Virus record (IMG/VR): IMGVR_UViG_3300009545_000018
Coordinates: 372,001 to 436,000 of that record
Direction: 5' to 3' (one strand)
DNA length: 64,000 bases
Positions 60,516 to 64,000 of this stretch are shown one piece after another (the stretch's first letter is position 1; each line of letters begins with the position of its first letter). The notes under the pieces are model-generated. The model saw nothing but the letters and a program-made list of their open reading frames with translations, was not told where the DNA came from and searched no databases. The position numbers and the translations under genes were made by a program.

Positions 60516-60821
60516 ATGAATTGCCCCCACTGTAATATAATGTGTTCTAAATCTGATCATACTTATGATTGTTTTAAAGATTTTAAACATACTTTTATCT
60601 TTTCTAACAAAAACTCTTGGTGGCTTATTATTAAATATGATAGTCTAATAGAATATCGTTTGGAAATTCATAATTCTCTTCCTACTTTTTATGTCTTTGC
60701 TAATCCTCCCTTTTCTATAGTCTTTGAATATGTAATACATGAACCCGTAATAGCAGCAAATGCTAAATCTATAATAGAAAAATATATTAATCATTATAAT
60801 AAAATGAAAGCCTTTATATGA
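60516..60821 (+). CDS. Array member
   Basis: MNCPHC...C...KH; ends HYNKMKAFI. Confidence 0.72.
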   Translation: MNCPHCNIMCSKSDHTYDCFKDFKHTFIFSNKNSWWLIIKYDSLIEYRLEIHNSLPTFYVFANPPFSIVFEYVIHEPVIAANAKSIIEKYINHYNKMKAFI

Positions 60822-61054
60822 AAGAATTACCTGTTAAAAATGATAGTTATTTCTATAATGATAATAATTGGTCTGTTTATTATGTTTTCTGTAATAAATA
60901 TAAGGTAAGAATTTGCTGCATCTTAGAAAAATGTTATGTCCATATGTTGAATGAACAATACGTAACGGTAAAATGTATGCCAATTAATTCTTTAAAGTTT
61001 GATGATGCAGATTCTTTTGTTAATAGATATTTTAATTTAATGGCTTTTTATTAA
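60818..61054 (+). CDS. Last array member (N-terminal CxxC missing)
   Basis: ends VNRYFNLMAFY. Confidence 0.65.
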   Translation: MKELPVKNDSYFYNDNNWSVYYVFCNKYKVRICCILEKCYVHMLNEQYVTVKCMPINSLKFDDADSFVNRYFNLMAFY

Positions 61055-61361
61055 AATATAATGTCATAGGATGCTGTCAAAGGGAGCAAAGTGTTAGAAA
61101 GTGGGAGGGTGTGGGAAGATAGCTGAATTAATGTCTTTTAATGTTTTGGCTGTCATTTGGGGTGGAATAGGATAGAAAGAGAAGATAAGTTATACTTTGA
61201 TTTAGAAGGTTTAAGGAGGAAAGTAAGATTTTGGATTGGTTTGAACTGTATTATAGAGCTTATAGATGGTTTGATGTGTTTAAAATAGCTGTAGACCGGG
61301 TCCCCAGCCGCCTCGGACCGTCAAACTCCCCACCTTTTCACTGCTGCTACAATACAGGGTT

Positions 61362-61396
61362 TGGCATACTCTCTGCATTATTCAATTAACATACCA
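61362..61396. promoter_or_regulatory. Head-to-head sigma54-type element pair 1 (right half degenerate)
   Basis: TGGCATACTCTCTGCA ... reverse TGGTATGTTAATTGA. Confidence 0.55.
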
Positions 61397-61470
61397 ATTA
61401 TTCTTTTATAAGTCTTATTAATTAATTATACTTACATTACAATCATTTAATAAACATTATTAATCATTTA

Positions 61471-61504
61471 TGGCATCTTTCTTGCTTTCGCTGTTATTTT
61501 GCCT
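61471..61504. promoter_or_regulatory. Head-to-head sigma54-type pair 2
   Basis: TGGCATCTTTCTTGCT; reverse AGGCAAAATAACAGC; 4-nt centre. Confidence 0.55.
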
Positions 61505-61537
61505 CACTGAACAGCTTTTCAGCCCTTTTAGTAGTCT

Positions 61538-61572
61538 TGGTACAGTAACTGCAAGATGCAAAGCCTATACCA
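61538..61572. promoter_or_regulatory. Head-to-head sigma54-type pair 3
   Basis: GG-N10-GC-N5-GC-N10-CC; reverse TGGTATAGGCTTTGCA. Confidence 0.65.
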
Positions 61573-61667
61573 TGCCATAGCAGTCATTCCAGTTACACTG
61601 CACTTACCCATCTTTTAACGGTTAGTACCTGATTAATGTAGCGGGTAGCTGAGATAAGGAGATTACT

Positions 61668-61859
61668 ATGGCACAATTCAAGATTTTGTCTCAAGTCAAT
61701 GGTTCTTGGTTGGAGCAGGGGAAAGATCTCGGCGGTACTACTGTTATGAATCAAGCTGCTCAATTGGAAAAGCAGGGATTGAATGTTCGAGTTTTCCGAA
61801 CTGATATTCCCAAGTTCATTTATGAAACGGGAGCAGGATACCACGGAATCTGGTACTGA
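61668..61859 (+). CDS. Small hypothetical (putative early) protein
   Basis: AAGGAG RBS; followed by a terminator. Confidence 0.7.
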   Translation: MAQFKILSQVNGSWLEQGKDLGGTTVMNQAAQLEKQGLNVRVFRTDIPKFIYETGAGYHGIWY

Positions 61860-61865
61860 AAGAAT

Positions 61866-61893
61866 AAAGGAGCCTAAGGCTCCTTTTCTTTTT
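61866..61893 (+). terminator. Intrinsic terminator
   Basis: AAAGGAGCC-taa-GGCTCCTTT plus T-run. Confidence 0.8.
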
Positions 61894-61900
61894 ATCTTTG

Positions 61901-61935
61901 TGGTATAGGATTTGCTTATTGCAATTAATATACCA
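61901..61935. promoter_or_regulatory. Head-to-head sigma54-type pair 4
   Basis: TGGTATAGGATTTGCT-TAT-TGCAATTAATATACCA. Confidence 0.72.
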
Positions 61936-62007
61936 AGACTTTTTAGATAAAAGAGCTCTACCCATCCTATAACGGAATCAAAGCAGCTATTGTAAGGTAG
62001 GTATCAT

Positions 62008-62379
62008 ATGGAATTCACCTATGAGAATGATGAAGGGGAAGACATTACAGTCACCTTCCCTAGTGTTAAGGTAGTTTGCCCAAGGTGTAAAGGGCACGGA
62101 ACCCACCTTCACAATGATATTGGTAGCTATGCTTACAGCGTAGAAGAATTCCAAGATTCCTTTGATGAAGAAGAACAGGCAGAGTATTTTCGCCATGGTG
62201 GAAGATATGACGTTCTCTGCGAACGCTGTCACGGTAAAAACGTGGTGGATGAGATTGACGAAGAGAAGTGTCAGCAGGATCCGGCTTTGACAGAAGCCTG
62301 GCAAGCTTTTTGTCAGAAAGAAAAGGATGATGCTGATTATGAAAGACTCTGTGAATCAGAGCGGCGCTTTGGTTGCTGA
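62008..62379 (+). CDS. Hypothetical protein with DnaJ-type CxxCxGxG Zn motifs
   Basis: CPRCKGHG, CERCHGKN. Confidence 0.72.
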   Translation: MEFTYENDEGEDITVTFPSVKVVCPRCKGHGTHLHNDIGSYAYSVEEFQDSFDEEEQAEYFRHGGRYDVLCERCHGKNVVDEIDEEKCQQDPALTEAWQAFCQKEKDDADYERLCESERRFGC

Positions 62380-62416
62380 TTGAGATCCCATCCTATAACG
62401 GATTACTGCTAATAGT

Positions 62417-62629
62417 ATGACAACCCTGCAGAATCTCAAGAAGCGTGACTTGTCTTTTGCTTACCAGATTGCAGTGGCAGACTGGAAAAAACTTTCTGCT
62501 ATGTGTTCTGGGCAGTCAGCTGACGATCTGGCTAATGGCTTTCATGGTAAGTCATTGGCTGGAGTGCTGTTTGATTCGGAATTGGCAGTGGATCAGATTG
62601 CAGCTAAGCTGGATCGGTTGAATCCTTAA
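62417..62629 (+). CDS. Small hypothetical protein
   Basis: ATG 14 nt after a box. Confidence 0.65.
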   Translation: MTTLQNLKKRDLSFAYQIAVADWKKLSAMCSGQSADDLANGFHGKSLAGVLFDSELAVDQIAAKLDRLNP

Positions 62630-62635
62630 GGGATT

Positions 62636-62665
62636 GAAAGGGAGGTTTACCTCCCTTTCTTTTTA
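62636..62665 (+). terminator. Intrinsic terminator
   Basis: GAAAGGGAGG-ttta-CCTCCCTTTC plus T-run. Confidence 0.85.
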
Positions 62666-62673
62666 ATTGATGC

Positions 62674-62708
62674 TGGTATGCCGTTTGCATATTGCAATGT
62701 TCGAGCCA
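62674..62708. promoter_or_regulatory. Head-to-head sigma54-type pair 5
   Basis: TGGTATGCCGTTTGCA-TAT-TGCAATGTTCGAGCCA. Confidence 0.72.
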
Positions 62709-62871
62709 ACCGTCATAAAGTTTGCTTTAAACTTGTTCCCATCTGATAACGGATAGATCCTAATAGTATAGTTTTTCTGAGGGTTCTGACTAAAAGTAAA
62801 ACCCTCCCCCTTTACGTTGCAAACAGTAACTGTAGTAGGCAATAAGCTTCCAGTTATATTGTAACAAAGTT

Positions 62872-62902
62872 TGGCGGTATCTTAAAACCGCCACATTTTT
62901 TA
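62872..62902 (+). terminator. Intrinsic terminator
   Basis: TGGCGGT-atcttaaa-ACCGCCA plus T-run. Confidence 0.7.
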
Positions 62903-62934
62903 ATCCCATCATTTAACGGAAAGGTCTAAGTAAT

Positions 62935-63129
62935 ATGAATACTCTTTTTAAGTTGGTTGTTGTGATGTTGGCATTGTTTGCCGTGACTTTCTTGATTCAA
63001 ACCTATGCCAATTCTTGGTTTCATCAAGTGGCATTCACGGCTCCTATCATTGGAACCATGAGCTATGCAGCTTGTACCATTGTGGCAGTAGGTTGTGTGT
63101 TGCTGTCAAAGCTGCATTGGGGCAAGTAA
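62935..63129 (+). CDS. Small membrane protein (2 TM)
   Basis: Hydrophobic; ATG 14 nt after a box. Confidence 0.65.
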   Translation: MNTLFKLVVVMLALFAVTFLIQTYANSWFHQVAFTAPIIGTMSYAACTIVAVGCVLLSKLHWGK

Positions 63130-63227
63130 TGTTAGGTTTCGTGGTGTTTTGCCTGGTAGGTTTTTTTACTGGGCATTGGGTAGTGGGTGGTATTATTGGA
63201 ATTGTAGTATACGCCCTAAATAAGTAA
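63129..63227 (+). CDS. 32-aa hydrophobic peptide
   Basis: TAATG overlap; MLGFVVFCLVGFFTGHWVVGGIIGIVVYALNK. Confidence 0.55.
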   Translation: MLGFVVFCLVGFFTGHWVVGGIIGIVVYALNK

Positions 63228-63259
63228 CTCCCATCAATAAACGGTTGAATGTTATTGAT

Positions 63260-63436
63260 ATGACATATCATCCCAGTTACCGAGCAGTAGATTCTGTTGG
63301 TACTGAATGTGAAACTTTTGAACATGAGTATCAAGCGGTAGACTATTGGACTGGTGCTCCTACTGGAATTGATATTCAATATTGGAATGGTTCTGAATGG
63401 GAAGAATATAATCCTAGGACTTTCACTAAAGATTAA
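63260..63436 (+). CDS. Small acidic hypothetical protein
   Basis: ATG 14 nt after a box; stop 2 nt before the next box. Confidence 0.65.
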   Translation: MTYHPSYRAVDSVGTECETFEHEYQAVDYWTGAPTGIDIQYWNGSEWEEYNPRTFTKD

Positions 63437-63472
63437 TTCCCATCAATTAACGGATTGTACCTAGTTATTGAG

Positions 63473-63652
63473 ATGCAAAACCTAAAAGACCGATTGGAAA
63501 AGTTAGCAGATTCTTTTAAGGGTACTACCAATTCTTTTGGTAGGTTTACCGTCACCAATGTAGGTTGCGGGATTCTGAGAGTTGATGGTGAAGGTGTGCA
63601 GTATACTCCCGATGTAATATTGGGTTTTCTCAATCGACACGGCATTAAGTAA
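63473..63652 (+). CDS. Small hypothetical protein
   Basis: MQNLKDRLEKLAD...; stop 2 nt before the next box. Confidence 0.62.
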   Translation: MQNLKDRLEKLADSFKGTTNSFGRFTVTNVGCGILRVDGEGVQYTPDVILGFLNRHGIK

Positions 63653-63697
63653 TTCCCATCAATAAACGGATTAGATCTATTAGAAAGGATAAAAAAG

Positions 63698-63802
63698 ATG
63701 AAAGCATTCAATTGTTATATTGTCAAGCGCAAGGGCAAAGTCATCAAGGGTGAGAGTCGCAAGCTGCGCAATGCAGCCAAGCGACAACGTCAAGGTCGCT
63801 AA
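63698..63802 (+). CDS. 34-aa basic peptide resembling ribosomal protein bL36
   Basis: MKAFNCYIVKRKGKVIKGESRKLRNAAKRQRQGR; AAAGGA RBS; terminator follows. Confidence 0.55.
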   Translation: MKAFNCYIVKRKGKVIKGESRKLRNAAKRQRQGR

Positions 63803-63805
63803 ACC

Positions 63806-63841
63806 AAAAGAATGAGAGCTTAATTGTTCTCATTCTTTTTT
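63806..63841 (+). terminator. Intrinsic, possibly bidirectional terminator
   Basis: AAAAGAATGAGAGC-ttaatt-GTTCTCATTCTTTT. Confidence 0.85.
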
Positions 63842-63850
63842 AATTGGTCT

Positions 63851-63885
63851 TGGCATATGCTTTGCAACTTGCAATAAGCTTGCCA
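63851..63885. promoter_or_regulatory. Head-to-head sigma54-type pair 6
   Basis: TGGCATATGCTTTGCA-ACT-TGCAATAAGCTTGCCA. Confidence 0.78.
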
Positions 63886-63944
63886 GGCGTTATATTTTTA
63901 TATCCCATCTATTAACGGAAAGACATACTAAGTGGAGGCTGGTA

Positions 63945-64000
63945 ATGTTCATTAAGATTAAAGCTTTGTTCAAGCTGTATGATCTGGGAATCATTAGCAG
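63945..64000 (+). CDS. Start of a gene truncated by the window edge
   Basis: GGAGG RBS; MFIKIKALFKLYDLGIIS... Confidence 0.5.
   Translation, partial: MFIKIKALFKLYDLGIIS

Larger units (their letters stand above)
61607..63919 (+). repeat. Nine dispersed CCCATC-N4-AACGG(A/T) boxes
   Basis: Start at 61607, 61961, 62387, 62738, 62905, 63230, 63439, 63655, 63904; all intergenic, same orientation. Confidence 0.9.

Noticed and set aside
5094-61054. Shared tail as a DNA repeat or merely a by-product of ATGA overlaps
   Set aside because: Synonymous codons vary freely; many tagged genes end in TAA with no overlap, and many ATGA-coupled genes lack the tail
61593-63711. Minus-strand ORFs 61593-61844, 61987-62304, 63047-63379, 63433-63711
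   Set aside because: They overlap + strand genes that have SDs, boxes and terminators, and they run across regulatory elements
61607-63919. CCCATC boxes as a CRISPR array or integron attC sites
   Set aside because: Only 11-12 fixed bases; intervals are about 170-430 bp and contain ORFs; no attC-like long hairpin, cas gene or integrase in the window
1-64000. Stop-codon reassignment suggested by phage RF2
   Set aside because: Long genes (fibres, nrdA, dnaB) read uninterrupted in code 11 and ORFs tile the window; no TAG-fragmented genes seen
1-64000. tRNA or rRNA genes
   Set aside because: No cloverleaf with T-loop/D-loop consensus spotted; the GTTCGA hits lie in a CDS (about 61785) and in a sigma54-type pair (about 62699). 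A tRNA scanner should confirm

Overview
AT-rich, gene-dense segment that reads as part of a large (jumbo-type) tailed dsDNA phage genome. No capsid or terminase gene is in the window, so this is inferred from gene content. Layout: (1) 1-19.5 kb: GT2, RmlB, a tubulin/FtsZ-family protein, SF2 helicase, DnaC-like loader, DnaB, a sigma70-family factor, class Ia RNR, PIN-PhoH, MetAP. (2) 19.6-30.3 kb: collagen/repeat-rich fibre genes with a GT2-TPR among them. (3) 30.4-51.6 kb: nucleotide metabolism and accessory genes (folA, thyA, IMPDH/GMPR, dUTPase, intein-containing HD hydrolase, two DEDDh exonucleases, M23 and papain-like peptidases, SET domain, IF-1, GIY-YIG endonuclease). (4) 51.6-61.05 kb: a tandem array of small Zn-finger-like paralogues with prfB (RF2) inside it. 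(5) After a non-coding break, a higher-GC region of tiny genes, probably early genes. Three patterns stand out. (A) About 35 small proteins from at least three unrelated families end in the same C-terminal tail (helix, then K-[LMI]-x-x-F-x-stop, e.g. KLKAFL/KLKAFW); the recognisable enzymes and fibres lack it. (B) At 61.3-63.9 kb there are six head-to-head pairs of sigma54-type GG-N10-GC elements. (C) Nine CCCATC-N4-AACGG(A/T) boxes sit one per cassette in the same region. Also notable: a bL36-like 34-aa peptide, and a perfect 69-bp inverted repeat shared in frame by two convergent fibre genes. All homology calls come from motif recognition by eye, not database searches.
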